DNA from: Octopus vulgaris
Taxonomy: Eukaryota
Assembly (NCBI GenBank): GCA_951406725.2
Contig: OX597822.1
Coordinates: 14,942,001 to 15,006,000, forward strand
Direction of reading: 5' to 3'
DNA length: 64,000 nucleotides
In this document: in pieces, positions 12,891 through 27,229 of the stretch
Layout: the number at the start of each line of letters is the position of its first letter
Numbering within the stretch: position 1 is the first letter of the stretch
Notes under the pieces: model-generated
Told to the model about the DNA's origin: nothing
Databases searched by the model: none
What the model saw: only the letters and a program-made list of their open reading frames with translations
Position numbers and translations under genes: made by a program

Positions 12891-14194
12891 TGGGATTTTT
12901 AGCCGAGACAATAAATTAGTTGAAGAAATAACATGAGCAATAACAACGAAGACTTCACCTTTAAGTATTTGCAATATAAAGTAAAAATTAACATATAAAA
13001 AAATTAGTAGTAGCATCCGAAAAAGTAAAGTGGCGAAAAATAAAAGAAACTTCAATAAGGGCAATAACAACATCTTAATTCAGGAAAATTGTGTCTTCAA
13101 TGAATATAAATCATAACAACAATAGTATAAAGATGATAATATTGTTAACTTTAAGACAAGTTATTTTCACGCATTCCTCATTTAATCATTCGGAATTTTT
13201 AGGAGGGTTATGTCTGCTGGATGCCTTTTTTTTTGTTTTAAATTAAACTTTAGAATTATAATGAAGCAAACACGGTTATTTTATGAGTTATACACCTTAA
13301 CATCTAAATCGAAATTATATTTCATTGCAGTGTTTGAAGACAAGGTTTAAGAGGGAGTAGAGAGAGAGAGAGAGGAGGAGAGAGGTTAGAGGGAAGAGAA
13401 AGCGAAATTGAAATTGAAAAAAAAATGAGAGGCGGATAGGAAAATATATTAGAGCTATGAAATCTTTGAATAAGACCTACAACAACATCGTTATCTTAAG
13501 AAGATTATGTATAAGAAAATATTTTATAAACTAATGTATCTGTAATGTAACAGCTAAGTGCATATACATACATATACACTCACAAACATACACACACAGG
13601 CGCACGCACAGACGCACATACACACATATACACACACCCACATACACACCTACTGACACGAAATAATCAAATCCAAAACTAATCAAAATTACTCTTCTCC
13701 AATATATTTTATCAGATATTTCATTTAAACTAAATTTATATTTTTTTCAGTTCTTCATTTCTGTTTTTAATTTCATTAACGCTTCTCGTAAAATCATTAT
13801 TGTGAGATAGTCAATATTGTTGTTCTCATTATATTTCTTAGCACAAGCCATAAAACCACGGTGGGAATTTTCACAATAATCTATATTTTCATTTAATTTT
13901 CTGATTATTTTTAACAATTCTAAGCGCCGTTATCTAGGGAGAACTTAGTTAGATGTCGTGAGATTGATGTCGCGGTCAAAGCTATTGGATGGGGAATTGA
14001 GGAATCTTCAACTGGAAACTACATCTGCGTCCGGAAGGTGACATAAAATATGCTTCAGTACGTTCTCCTTAAGTTACGTCATAAATCATGAAAGAGGATA
14101 GATTTAGTCGGCTGAAACACATAAATACTCTCTTTCTACCTCTCCCTCACATCGTATATACATTCATTCACGCACATACATACACACAGAGACA

Positions 14195-14239
<45 letters not shown>

Positions 14240-14567
14240 ATACATGTTCAGACAAACACATTTACACACACACACACACACAATATTTCATTTTGGTCGA
14301 GGTGAATCAGTCTCTTGTTGGTCTGAGTTTTGCTTAAGGATACGCATGGTCTTTCTGAAAATTACAATACTGTCTACATTAAAAAGGTACACATGTATGT
14401 ATGTACCGGTATAGATACATAAATGCATACATCCATCCATACATACATGCGTACATACATACATACATACATACATATATACATACATACATGCATACAT
14501 ACATACATGCTTACATACATACATACATATATACATACATACATGCATACATACATACATACATACA

Positions 14568-16019
14568 AAGAATATTACAGCCGAATAAAGAAAATTTGAA
14601 CCTCAAAACTCTCAACATTCAATAACAGTGGCCCACAGTGAGTTTGCAGAATCAGTGCTTATACCAAAATTTGGGTTGCTTGGTTGGACGCTTGATGAGA
14701 TCCGGGCCATTGATGTGAAAACAGGAAAAATACTTACAAGCACACCTAATTTCCACATAAACAGTGACATAGACCGCCTTTACCTTTGAATGTCGTATCT
14801 TATCCCTTCGGCAATATCTCTTAACCATGTTCGAAGTGCATCCCTTGACCACGTTTGCATACATAAGGCTGATAACATCATAAGATTAGGAAAGTTGTCC
14901 ATCGAGCAACCTAGAATACATGCCCAAAGAAGTCGCATGACTCTGCTACGACATATCATCAGATGAAAGGATGGGCCTATATGAGCAGAAGACTATACGT
15001 GGATACGCTAGTAGAAAGCTCCGTGATGATAGTAACATCGATCATCAAAGGAGCTTATCATGGACCAATAGCCAGATTACTACCTTCCACTTTGAAGGGT
15101 ATGCGCTTGCAATCCAGGAACAGGAAATATCAACCAAGTACCTTATGGACAAAAGGGATAGAGATGCGGGAAAATCCGTAAAATGTGACAACCGATGCAG
15201 ACTTTGTGGAGTTCACACTGAAGATATCACCCACTTCATAAGCAGTTGTCCAAAAATGTCATCACTGTATTATCTACCGATGAGACATGACGTTGTAGCT
15301 AGGACACTTATAATGAAATCCGTCGTAAGGATAATCCCGAGGACAAAGAAATAAAACCCCACAATATGGTAGAAGCCAAGAAAAGGAATACTGGTGGAAC
15401 GTCCCAGTGAATACCTCAGTAAAATGTAAGCACAACAGATCTGATATAATGATTTGGAATAGAGAAGGGAAACTGTGCACAGTTGTGGAAATTACCTGAC
15501 CAGCGGATGTCAACGTAAAGCTGAAGATCGGTGGAAAAGGGAACACTATGCCGAACTATTGAGAAACCTGTAGTTACTCTCTCCAGATTACGAGTTCAGG
15601 TTTATATCTGTAGTTATTGGGGCCCTGGGATATGTAACACACTACCAAAATACCAATCTTAAGAAATTAAGCTTCTCAAAATCAGAAAGGAGAAAGCTAA
15701 TTCGAAGACTACAGATCCAATCCATCACTGGAACTGTAAACATCTGTAAAAACTTCTAGAAGTTTATCATTTGAATATATATGGGTATGTCTAGATATGT
15801 GACTCTACGCATGGAAATACATACATACATACATACATACATACATACATACATACATACATACATACATACATACATACATGCATATATACATACCAGC
15901 ATACAAACAAAAATACCCTGTTGTTGATGTTGAAATTCCAGTGAAGGAACCTGGGATCTAGGTTAGAAACCGGTTTTTTTCTTTACTGGCAAGAAATCTT
16001 GAAATAAACTGAATAATGA
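14568..16019 (+). mobile_element. R4/Dong-type (RLE) non-LTR retrotransposon, 5'-truncated, flanked by (TACA)n
   Basis: HINSDIDRL thumb, CRLC...HFISSC zinc knuckle, RHD, HNRSD...VEIT endonuclease, VIGALG; stops and frameshifts; TACA runs at 14430-14567, 15818-15880 and 16020-16030. Confidence 0.9.
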
Positions 16020-16039
16020 CATACATACATGAGTGTTCA

Positions 16040-16070
<31 letters not shown>

Positions 16071-16087
16071 GTGTGTGTGTGTGTACT

Positions 16088-16285
16088 TTAGTCTTTTTGT
16101 TTTTTACCCTCATTAGACTGCAGTCATGCTGGGACACCACCTTAAAGAAATTTTAGCCAAATTAATCGGTTCCAGGACCTAATTATTTTAAGGCCTAGCA
16201 CTTATTCTATCAGTCTCTTTCGCCGAACCGCTATATTACGGGGACGTAATCACATCAGCACTATTTGTCAAGCAGTGCTGGGGAG
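16088..16285 (-). mobile_element. SINE family A 3' half
   Basis: gactgcagtcatgctgg...gccgaaccgcta...acggggacgtaa matches the family A tail. Confidence 0.7.
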
Positions 16286-16728
16286 AATGTCGCACATTCT
16301 GACTGAATGTTTCATGCTCAACATCCACCTTGTTGCAACAATGTACCATTTAATATAATCGAGATATCCTTGGTCTGAAGTGTAGCCAGCTGGATTTTAA
16401 CTACTTCTGAGGTCCCGCTCGCTGTGTAACATATGTATCCCGCATCCTACCTTCTCAATTCCGTAACTCTTGTACTCTTATTCGTACACCCAGCAAACCT
16501 GTTCACCTATCGTGGAATATCAAAAGAAATTTTTCAGCTTATCGTTCTTCGATATGAAAAAATCCACAACCTTCCGTCTCAATAAAACACTTGTTTCTGA
16601 AAGTTCTTTTGTTTTATATTTACTACAGATTGCTTGAAGCTAACTTTCTTCTTACATACATATATATACATACATACATACATGCATGCATGCATACATT
16701 CATTCATTCATACGTACATCCATCCATC

Positions 16729-16850
<122 letters not shown>

Positions 16851-16965
16851 AGTAACAATATAGGGTGAAATTAATTAAGTAGAAAGAATAGCTATAACTC
16901 TTTGACTGCTATTTCTAAATTCGGTGTGTGGTGAGGCAATTCGTTGCTAAACCCTTAATTGCTTA

Positions 16966-17017
<52 letters not shown>

Positions 17018-17356
17018 GTGTGTGTATATATAAATTTAAATTTAAAATGAGGGTCAAAAGCTGGATATTAATTTGATTAACATCAATTATCCCTCTCATA
17101 TGATTGAACCCAGAACCGTGCGGTTGCGAAGGAAGCTTCTTACCACATAGCCATGTCTACATGTACCTATATTCTGCGCATTACTCTTCTGAGATGTATA
17201 TGAGCTACCGATTTTCTCTGTGCCCTTCAACGTGTGTGAATTGGATTCTGAATCTTCGTTCGTAACAACAGTATTAATGTAATACTAAAATTTCAATTCA
17301 TCCATTTTTACTCTCTTTCAATACTTCCTCTCTCATTCTTTCTTTTTATCTATACT

Positions 17357-17622
<266 letters not shown>

Positions 17623-18219
17623 ATACTTGTGGCTATGGCGAAAGAATGTATCTGGTGGACGCGCCTGAAAGGATTAGAGACAAACACTTTCCTCTCTGGT
17701 CAATCTCTCATCAACTTCTTCAAGTATCACTTGAAAAGGAAAGTGCGAGTAGAGAGGCAAGTTTTGTCTAGTGAATGTTTTAGAAAAAGATGGGTGAATG
17801 TAGCAAGGATGGCACGTATGAATGACGAAGCCACCTTGACTATGATTCTATGAACCGTAAAAATTAATACAGAGAGTTGCTTATTTGCAAAAAAAAAAAA
17901 AGAAATATAACATGTGACTTCATTGACCGAGGTTACCGTGGTCTTTTCCGTAGGCTTTTCTTTCCACGGGTAAACCTCACCTGTTCTCCCCCTTTACACT
18001 TCATATTGACATTTCTGTGATAACGATCCCTATTGATCAATTTTTTTGCTCTCCCCCCACTTTTTTTTATTAACCCCTCCCTTTTTTTGTCCTCTTCTTT
18101 CCTTTTACGATCCCTTTTGATCGAAAACCACCACTCCCTTTTTTTTACCCCCAAAAGAAAAGCTCTACCTTGTAATTTGTTCTATCTGTGTGCAGCCCTG
18201 TGTGGCTAATAAAGAAACA
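17623..18219 (+). mobile_element. Tx1/L1-type LINE 3' end embedded in (TATC)n
   Basis: ORF2-like C-terminus ILVAMAKECIWWTR...FKYHLKRKVRVER...FRKRW; pyrimidine-rich 3' UTR; AATAAA just before (TATC)n resumes at 18220. Confidence 0.75.
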
Positions 18220-18288
<69 letters not shown>

Positions 18289-18292
18289 CTCT

Positions 18293-18327
<35 letters not shown>

Positions 18328-18356
18328 ATATCAATATATTTATCTTTCTATATATA

Positions 18357-18765
18357 GGCGCAGGAGTGGCTGTGTGGTAAGTAGTTTGTTTACCAGTCAC
18401 ATGGTTCCGGGTTCAGTCCAACAGCGTGGCATCTTGGGCAGGTGTCTTCTACCATAGCCTTGAGCCGACCAAATCCTTGTGAGTGGATTTGGTAGACGGA
18501 AACTGAAAGAACCCCTCGTATATATGTATATATGTGTGTGTGTGCTTGTTTGTTTGTTTGTGTTTGTCACCCTAGCATTGCTTGACAACCGATGCTGGTG
18601 TGTTTATGTCCCCGTCACTCAGCGGGTCGGCAAAAGAATTCCGATAGTATAAGTACTAGGCTTACAAAGAATAAGTCCCGGGGTCGATTTGTTCGATTAA
18701 AGGCGGTACTCCAGCATGGCCATAGTCAAGTGACTGAAACAAATAAGAGAGTAAAAGAATAAAAG

Positions 18766-18766
<1 letters not shown>
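18357..18766 (+). mobile_element. Full-length tRNA-derived SINE (family A, CORE-like body)
   Basis: A box tggctgtgtgg, B box gttcagtcc, tcttgggcaggtgtctt CORE-like block, internal TA/TG run, tail gagtaaaaga. Confidence 0.9.
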
Positions 18767-18817
<51 letters not shown>

Positions 18818-20094
18818 TCGTGTGTGTTGTGTGTGTTTGTCTGTGTGGGTGTGTGTATCGTTTGTAGATGAAATTTAGAGAAAGTATGCAGGCACACATT
18901 GTAAACGTCAAGATGATATCAATGTCGACATGTTTTTATCCAGCGACATTAATTTCAAATTTGATAAAGCTATTTTTCCATCCATTATTTCCTTTAATGC
19001 ATTGCATCCGAATGAATTACTATTTATTTTAAAATTTATTCAAATATTCAAATATTGCATTAATTATCCGCTGTAAATGAAAGGCTTGTGTAAATTCCCA
19101 GCATGTGACCTGGGTTTAAGTATGTTAGAAAGAGCGTCGTTTCGATATCCGTTAATTAGGAAAACGCCATGAACACCGTCAGAAATTCTTATGAACATGG
19201 TTCTTTTATAATTGCCATTTTTTGTTAAAATCTCCTCACTAAATCCCCTTGGGATCAACACGCCCCAAACTAATTTCTCTTTCCATCAATGAGCTTTAGG
19301 ATATTGGAAACACATTTGTCTGTAAAATAAATGTGAGACAACAGTTTCTTAGCTGAATAATGTGTTATTCATATTGTAATAAACGTTATGTTAAATGAAT
19401 GACGGGTTCAAAGGTCAGCCTATCATTCAATGACACTTTTTAAAGCATAATTCAAATGCGCAAGTCGTTTGAATTTTATGATAGAAATAGTTCTATACCA
19501 GGGAAAGATGGGGAGGGGGCGCGAGCCCTGATACTTTTTCTAAATTTTTGATGTTTTCTATGACATATTTTGAATATATTTTTATAAAAAAACATTTTGA
19601 ATATAAAATATTTCTAATTTCAAAAATAACATTCATAATGGTTTTAAGTAATTTATAACTTTAATTTAGGGCACAACATTTACATATAACATGAAAACTA
19701 ATGTAAGAACTTGACTAAATTTTAATTGTAATTAATGACATTTATATTAGATATGACAGTTTCATATAGGAAGGTATTTTAGCGCTCAAGGAAGAGGTGA
19801 TGTTTTATAGATGCGAATATAATTATTGAAAAAATTATAAAATTGAGAAAAACTTAAAATTCGAAAAAAAGAACCACTACTAACCTTAGACGACAGTAAT
19901 GTTATTCCAGTGAGAATTTGAGACCCGTGTGTTGCCGTGTCTGGAGGACAAATTTGTACATCTCAAGTAAACAATAGTGAAGCTTTGAAAGATCACCAGT
20001 AGAACACTATAAATAAATATTCGAATTTCATGAAGAGAGAATACATTCCTGGCTTTCTTAAAGAGAGGGATTGAAAGATTTCTGGCATTTAGAA

Positions 20095-20156
<62 letters not shown>

Positions 20157-20317
20157 TACACACAGCGAGCGGATAATTTGCAGAATAATATATTTCTAGT
20201 AAATTTTAAATTAAAAGCGATTTGCTTGATCCATGTGATTATCTTTTACAATGATTCTTAATAAGGCCTCTAAGCTATTTTATAATGTCTTCTGTTATGT
20301 ATCCTATTATTTCGAAC

Positions 20318-20526
20318 GAGTAATCCCTCACCATATTGCGTTTCACCTATCGCAGTTTACTTGCGTTGATTCCTCCATGGTTTCGTTTTGCATTTATAAT
20401 AAAATGAATATATACGAATTATGAAATTAATCTAAAAAAATACAGTACATTACTGTTTCTACTTCGCAGATTTTCACATATCGCGGGTTTTTTTGGAACG
20501 TAACATACTCGATAGTCGAGGCATTA

Positions 20527-20529
<3 letters not shown>
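20318..20529. mobile_element. Tigger/pogo-like MITE
   Basis: Terminal inverted repeats (g)agtaatccctc ... gaggcattactg, followed by TA. Confidence 0.65.
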
Positions 20530-20575
<46 letters not shown>

Positions 20576-21310
20576 AATAAAACTTACTTGAAAGAATTTC
20601 AATAATTATGACGCGCACTCTTAACTCTTTACTTGACCTTTCCTCCCTGCCTGTCTGTCTGTCTTCCTCTCTACCTGCCTCTCTCCTTCTTATTTTTCAC
20701 CCTTTCTGGTTTCTTCTCCTCTCTCTCTCACTCCTCCTCCACCTTTTCTTTCTGCCCACTGCTTTCAACAAGTCAACATCAGCTTTTTTCTGTCTTCGCA
20801 AGCCATCTTCAGAATGCGTTCTAACGAATTTTTCCACCGTCTAGGGTAAAAAAATCCCTTATTGTTGGTTTCCTTTTCCTATCTTTTACTGTTTTTATCT
20901 TTATTTGTACTGTATTTTTCTTCATTTGTATTGCTTTTACGTCCTGTTCTTGTCACTTTTTTTTTACCCCTCCACAAAAATTTTTTATTTAATTCATTTT
21001 GCGGGAAGGACTGCTTCGGCGTGGTCGTGTTCTGCCCTTACCTTCTCAACACGCATTGAGTCGAAACAGGGGCAGCTGAAGAAGGGGAATGTTCCTTGTG
21101 TTGTTTGTCTTGTACTCTGATTTTTCGTTGTTAAAAACAGTCCGTTTCCTTGTTTGGTTTTGTTTTCGTTTCTTGTGTTCTACGTTTATTTGTGGTGTCC
21201 TCTACACATATATGCATGTATATATACATATAGATGTAGGTATGTACATATATGTATGTATGCATATGTTTTATTTATTAAATTGTTATATATATATGCA
21301 TATATATATA

Positions 21311-21376
<66 letters not shown>

Positions 21377-21395
21377 TCTATGTATACATAGGTTT

Positions 21396-21605
21396 TAAAT
21401 TTTGGCACAAAACCAGCAAGTTCGGGTGAGGGGTTTAGTCGATTACAGTGACCTCAATATTCAATATTTAATTATTTTTTCGACCTCGAAAGGATGAAAG
21501 GGGGAAGTAGACATCGGTAGATTTTGAACTGAGAGTGTAAAGATGGACGAAATACCGCTACACACTTCATCCGGCGTATTAGCAATTCTCCCAGCTCACT
21601 GTCAC
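21396..21605 (-). mobile_element. SINE family B
   Basis: cgaaaggatgaaagg core and gacgaaataccgcta head in reverse. Confidence 0.75.
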
Positions 21606-21613
21606 ATGCATAT

Positions 21614-22114
21614 ATATATTAAGTATAGGAAAGAATGGAGCTGAACGTAGAGTTAACAAAATTCCTTTATTTTATTTTCGATATATGTTTCGAAGTCTGC
21701 AAAATCCCTAATTCCGAATGAATAAGGAGTCCATTATGCAGCTTTCTCTTCTGGAAAATCCAGGAACTTAATTCTCCAACAAAATGCACAACAAGTTTTT
21801 GTTGGAGAATTAAGTTCCTGGATTTTCCTGAAGAGAAAGCTGCATAATGGACTCCTTATTCATTCGGAATTAGGGATTTTGCAGACTTCGAAACATATAT
21901 CGAAAATAAAATAAAGGAATTTTGTTAACTCTACGTTCAGCTCCATTCTTTCCTATACTTAATATATTAAATTAAACTTCAAATTTCCACACTAAAGCAC
22001 GGAGTTTATGCCCTATGGTCGTAACTTCAACCGTGCTTTTTCTGTTGTGAGTTTGCTACCCAGGTATCGGTTATCTTTCGAATTATCCGTAATAAGATAA
22101 TTCATTTGTCTATT

Positions 22115-22117
<3 letters not shown>
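21614..22117. mobile_element. Penelope-like pLTR with inverted partial copy (171-bp arms, 21614-21784 / 21797-21967)
   Basis: Arms are complementary except T21752/T21829; 12-nt spacer; hammerhead core then AATAAA; (TA)n on both sides. Confidence 0.8.
21822..21907 (+). ncRNA. Type I hammerhead ribozyme candidate
   Basis: Stem I attttc/gaaaat; CTGAAGA 21828-21834; long stem II (gaaagctgca...tgcagacttc); GAAAC 21890-21894; minimal stem III with ATAT loop; ATC triplet 21899-21901 (C.A mismatch in stem III). Confidence 0.65.
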
Positions 22118-22173
<56 letters not shown>

Positions 22174-22921
22174 CAAGAGAGATAGACTGGAGAAAGAGAA
22201 TGCGAGAAAAGGATTGAGATAGAGAGAGAGAAAAGCAAGAGAGAGAGAGAGAACAGCAGCAGCAGCAGCAGCAGCGCCACGTAGTGATGATTTACAAACG
22301 GATTTTATGTTAGTTAAAACATGTTTGTGAAATATTTTTCTTCTTTTCTTATTCTAAGTCGTTAAATATTTATTTTTCCAGTTTATCAGTTGAAAACTCC
22401 TATAATTCCTAAGTTAATGCGGCCAATGAAATTGTGAATTTATTCGTACGTCTATTGTTAACCAACTGATACTAGATAAACAGAAATATGTAAAGTACAA
22501 CGATAATAATGAACTTGCAGCTCCAATTTAATATCATGTTACTATACTCTCACATTTGTAGTGAGTATTTGTTTGCACTAACATATATTCATCCCATTAT
22601 GCATATATATATATATATATATAACAAAGTGAAGTTGTAAGGTACTGCACGAGTGAAAATATATATGAATGAAGGTTTGAAAATGCAATTTTAAAGATAT
22701 TTATTCACTTGACCAGTTTCACTTTTTTAGAAAAAGTTTGACAAAATTAAAATGTAAAGCTTTGTAAAAGCTTTGTTGTGTTAAGTACTGGTTTTCACAA
22801 AATATTACAGTACATATATACATTCTTTGATAATAATAAGAAAATGTTAAAAACAGTTTACAAGGAAATATCTTGAGAAAATATTAAACAAAATGTTCAA
22901 TAAAAATATTAGGATTTCATT

Positions 22922-23381
22922 AAAATACCGTGAAGCATTTTGCCTTTGCGTGCTAACGTTTCTTATTTCTTTACTGACCACAAGGGGCCACACACAGAGG
23001 GAACAAACAAGGACAGGCAAACGAATTAAGTCGATTATATCAACTCCAGTGCGTAACTGGTACTTATTTAATCGACTCTGAAAGGATGAAAGGCAAAGTC
23101 GACCTCGGCGGGATTTGAACTCAGAACGTAGTGGCAATACGAAATACCTATTTCTTTACTACCTACAAGGAGCTAAACACAGAAAGGACAAACAAGGACA
23201 GGCAAACGAATTAAGTCGATTATATCAACCCCGGTGGGTAACTGGTACTTAATTTATCGACCCCAAAAGGATGAAAGGCAAAGTCGACTTCTGCGGAATT
23301 TGAACTCAGAACGTAACGGCAGACGAAATACCGCTAAGCATTTCACCCGGCGTGTTAACGTTTCTGCCAGCTCACCGCCTT
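22922..23381 (-). mobile_element. SINE family B with two tandem 185-bp units
   Basis: gtcgac at 23098 and 23283; head at the right end. Confidence 0.9.
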
Positions 23382-24639
23382 AATTTGTTCGACTAAATTT
23401 GTCCACATGCTGACCCATCATTCCCAAAGTCCATTGACTGGACCAAGTAAAGAAGTAAAAAAGAATCATGTTTTAAAATTAGCCGTGTTTCTTTCTAACT
23501 TTTACGCTGTTACTGCGTGATGTTTGCAAGAGTTTGATGCTTTTAAAGTTTTAAATGTTCTTTTTTTTTTTTTGTCTTAATAAAATAATTTTGTGTTCTG
23601 AACAGCAGCTGCATCACAACAGATCTGAAATGGAAATTGGTGATACATGTAAAGAGATCTAGTGTCGTTTTAATAACTGATTAATGCACTGCTTAGAAAA
23701 ATAAAGATCTGAAGGATAATTTTTTTAGAAGGGCTGCAATCACGATCTTTGCTGGGGTAGGGGAGGAGCGCTGCTTTAGTAGAGATAAAAGTTAAGAATG
23801 TAACCTTAGAATTCGTGCCAGCATGCTTGCAGAATAGATGACTCAGCTAATGGAACTCAAGGGGCATGTGGTTATGTTAAAGTTGATGTAGCGTTTGTGA
23901 GTAAAAGATCCACTTGAAAGTTAAAGGTTAAGTGATGCTGAAAGCAAAGTTTATTGAGATATTTGACAATCCACTACTTCAGTACCCAGCGATAGGAATT
24001 GAATTTCTTCCTCTGTGCCAGCATTCTCTTTAGCTATTAATAAATTATTGAATGCATACTAGAAGGTGACATTGAAGCATAAGATTGATACCTTACGTAG
24101 CGATGCAAAGTAAGAGGATCTAGATAACGTTTACTAATGCTCCATATATAAAAAAAATGAAAAACGAACTCCACATGACCTCTTGTGATCTTTAAGATCA
24201 GGAATATCTTCCATAAATAATATATGAATAATGTATAATATGAAGAAAAAATATTTTATATCTAAGCGTTGGAAATAATATCCGCCAAAATATTGCGAAC
24301 TAAACGCGGAATAAGTCAAAAGTGTACTTGATGAAAAATAAACTAAAGAGGACTGAATTCTGGAAACGAATATACTCCTGAGAGGACTTTACAGCAACAA
24401 TAATTAATCGTTAAAATATCCTTCTGAGTATCACAGCTAATATTTGTTCTGAATTCCTTTTTGTCAATGGGACAATTGACGATCATTGTAATATTCAAAA
24501 CTATTTAGAGCATTTTTTCAAGAGATAAACTTTCAGTTATCGCTTGAATGCTGAAAAAATATCACAGTGTCTTCTTATTCAATTCTGAATGAGCACTGCC
24601 ATAGGTTCTTACCAAGTGTGAGACAATCCTTTCTCAAAG

Positions 24640-25790
24640 GGCTGATAACTCATAACTACAGGCCTGTCACTTGTCTGCTAATAATTTATTCACAAGTAAA
24701 ATAGACAAGTAGCTTCTAGAATGAATGTTTGTAAGCTTAAGTTTTGTGTCTTTAGAATATTTGAAGGAGATATGCACCTGGTCCTACTCTTTACTATTTA
24801 ATTAGGTGTCTAATTAAAAATAGCTATTTTATGGTTCTGTATAACGTATAACCTTTTCGTTCCTGATAACATATATTCAGCAAAGAGTAATTAGTGTGAG
24901 AGCTTTTGTAATTCTTTGAGTAGAGGGAAATCATTTTGCTTTTATATGATATCTTATTTTGCACAATGTCTTTTATTACGGGAAACGTACAAGAATCGAA
25001 CAATTGAAGGTAGGAGATTAGCAAGTGGAACAGGTGATGAGGAACCCTTTAGAAATGATACAACAGTTGACCACTCATATATCACAATGAAATCAAATTG
25101 TATAGACCTTCAATGGTTCTGTGCCAAGCCAGCTGTCACTTCTGGGTGAATCTCTAACTTATGAGAATTCGAAATAGATATTCTGATATAGATGAAAACA
25201 ATTAAAAGTTATTTAAATGGCAAAAATCATCATTATTCTTACTAGAACATTAGCAGTATCTGATAAGTCACGTAATTGTGGAGTGTAACCTAAAAATGCC
25301 CAGACATTAAAAGTTTGCAATGGTTGAAACTGTTCTCAAAACATCATAAACTCCACATTAAATCTGACATCCAACGATTGAACAGAAGCAAGGTTGGTCA
25401 CAGGTTATTATTAAGTATGAGAGAACAGTTTAAAAGACAGTTATTAATGTTAATCACTAGATTACCATTTCAACAGAGTCTGCTCTACATCTTTGTTGGA
25501 ACTGGAAAAGGTGGCAAAGAAAGTTAATCAATCGATCATATGTCTAACAGCAGCAGCAAACTTTTCTGAAGAAATTGGATTATATGTCGATCAACTCAAC
25601 TCGGAATCCAAGGAAGAAGAAACCAACGTAAAGATTTGTTGATGATAACGAAGATTCTTGAAATAATACTATCAAACCAACAAAAATCTGTTATTTTAAT
25701 CCTTTACAAATCAAATAAAAATGATTCTGGTCTAGATAAACAAATCTAGTTTTTATCTAACATTCGAAGGAACAATATTTGTCATTGATA
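24640..25790 (+). mobile_element. Heavily decayed R4/Dong-type LINE fragments
   Basis: NYRPVTCL at about 24653 and LHIKSDIQRL...GHRLLLS at about 25350 resemble the NYRPITCL and LHPKSDVDRL...GGRGL motifs. Confidence 0.55.
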
Positions 25791-25979
25791 AATAAAAAGA
25801 AAATGTTTCTTATTTACTGCAAAAACATTACCCTAGTGTTTCGAAATATCATGTCTGTCACTGGTGCACAGAAATCATACATGGATGGATAACAATACCG
25901 CAAACCTGGTCAAGATAAACATTTCAAATCAGCTTCAAATTCCGAATAGGAACCAAGTACGCACTATTCATAGAAACCT

Positions 25980-27020
25980 ATAGTTGGCATTTTAAAGAAT
26001 CCTGAAGAACTGCGGCATACACGGAGAGATCACTATAAATCACGCACTCTATTGTATTCAGGGGTTTCAAATTCTGTCTCGATGCTTTTCAAGCGCAGTT
26101 CAGCCTGTTCATGAAAGACTTGCTCCAGCCTATACAGCTCCAGGATTTACACTTGTATGCCACCGTTAAGCTGTCTATCCGCTCTAGGATCTGTGATTGT
26201 TTCTAAGTCACTTATCCTCAACGTTTGATTAGGTAACACTCTACTTTTTCTAATCCCTGATGCTTTTTAACCAATGAAATCGAAAGACCAGTAAAAGGAA
26301 TGAGTTTGCACCACTTTTTCACTGCCCTTACGGCTGTTTCTTTTCTTGTTGTTGCTGCTTCCATTACTTATCACTGGTGTGGTTGCAGTGGTTCAGCTGT
26401 TGCTGCTGATTGTTGTTGTTGTTAAGCAACAAGACGGGTAAGGGTGATTAGGTGATGGTCTAGGGCTTAGAGGTGGGAGACCCCAGACCTTCAAAAAAAA
26501 AATGTTGGTCGTCTTGTTGTAGTCGAGGGCTATTCGTTGACGCCCGACACCACTGGGAGGTGGTCCTCGAAGTCGCTGGAAATGGAGATCTCCAGGTCCA
26601 AATTCTTTGATGGCAGCTGTTGCTGCTGATACAGTTTGTTGCAACCGGATTATTAGTGGTCTTAATGAATTCCGTTCTTCTGCTAATTGTTTTGTGGTCG
26701 ATAGCGGTAGATTTAGTTCGGGTATCTGCCATTCTGTTCGAAACATCGTCGCTGTAGCTGCTGTAGTTGAAGATATGGCCGATGTGGTGGATGTTGTTGC
26801 TGTTACTATTGCTGGTGATTAATACGACTGAGGTGTTGTATGGTGGGGGTGTGTAGACAACAAAGAACCGTTTCACTTTGAAAACCAATTTCTCTCATTT
26901 GCTGACCGTCCTTTGAAGTCAAAAGTCTTGGACTCGGAAAATTCTGAATTGATTTCAAAGAAAATTTTTTCTTTTAAAACTTTTGTAGCGAGTGAAAAAA
27001 AAGGGGTTGAATGACCAGTC
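25980..27020 (-). mobile_element. Possible decayed 5' UTR/ORF1 of a Tx1/L1-type LINE
   Basis: A/C-rich low-complexity coding-like strand; LLVFRFHWLKSIRD..EKVECYL segment weakly resembles the ORF1 remnants at 42.5-43.4 kb. Confidence 0.3.
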
Positions 27021-27143
27021 CCTTGCAGTACTGGTCGGCGTAAAAACAGGTTAAAATGAAAAACAAAAAACACCCACATCAAATGTAACACTCTGAAATA
27101 GAAAATAAGAAAAGCAACCAGGCACTGTTTCAGCTCCGGCATT

Positions 27144-27198
27144 GAAGGAGGAGAAGATGAAGAAGAAGAAGAAGAGGAAGAAGGAGAAGAAAAAGAAA

Positions 27199-27229
<31 letters not shown>

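Noticed and set aside
21060-21090. GAAAC and CTGAAGA close together (hammerhead?)
   Set aside because: Only 8 nt separate GAAAC from CTGAAGA, too few for stems III and I and a cleavage triplet
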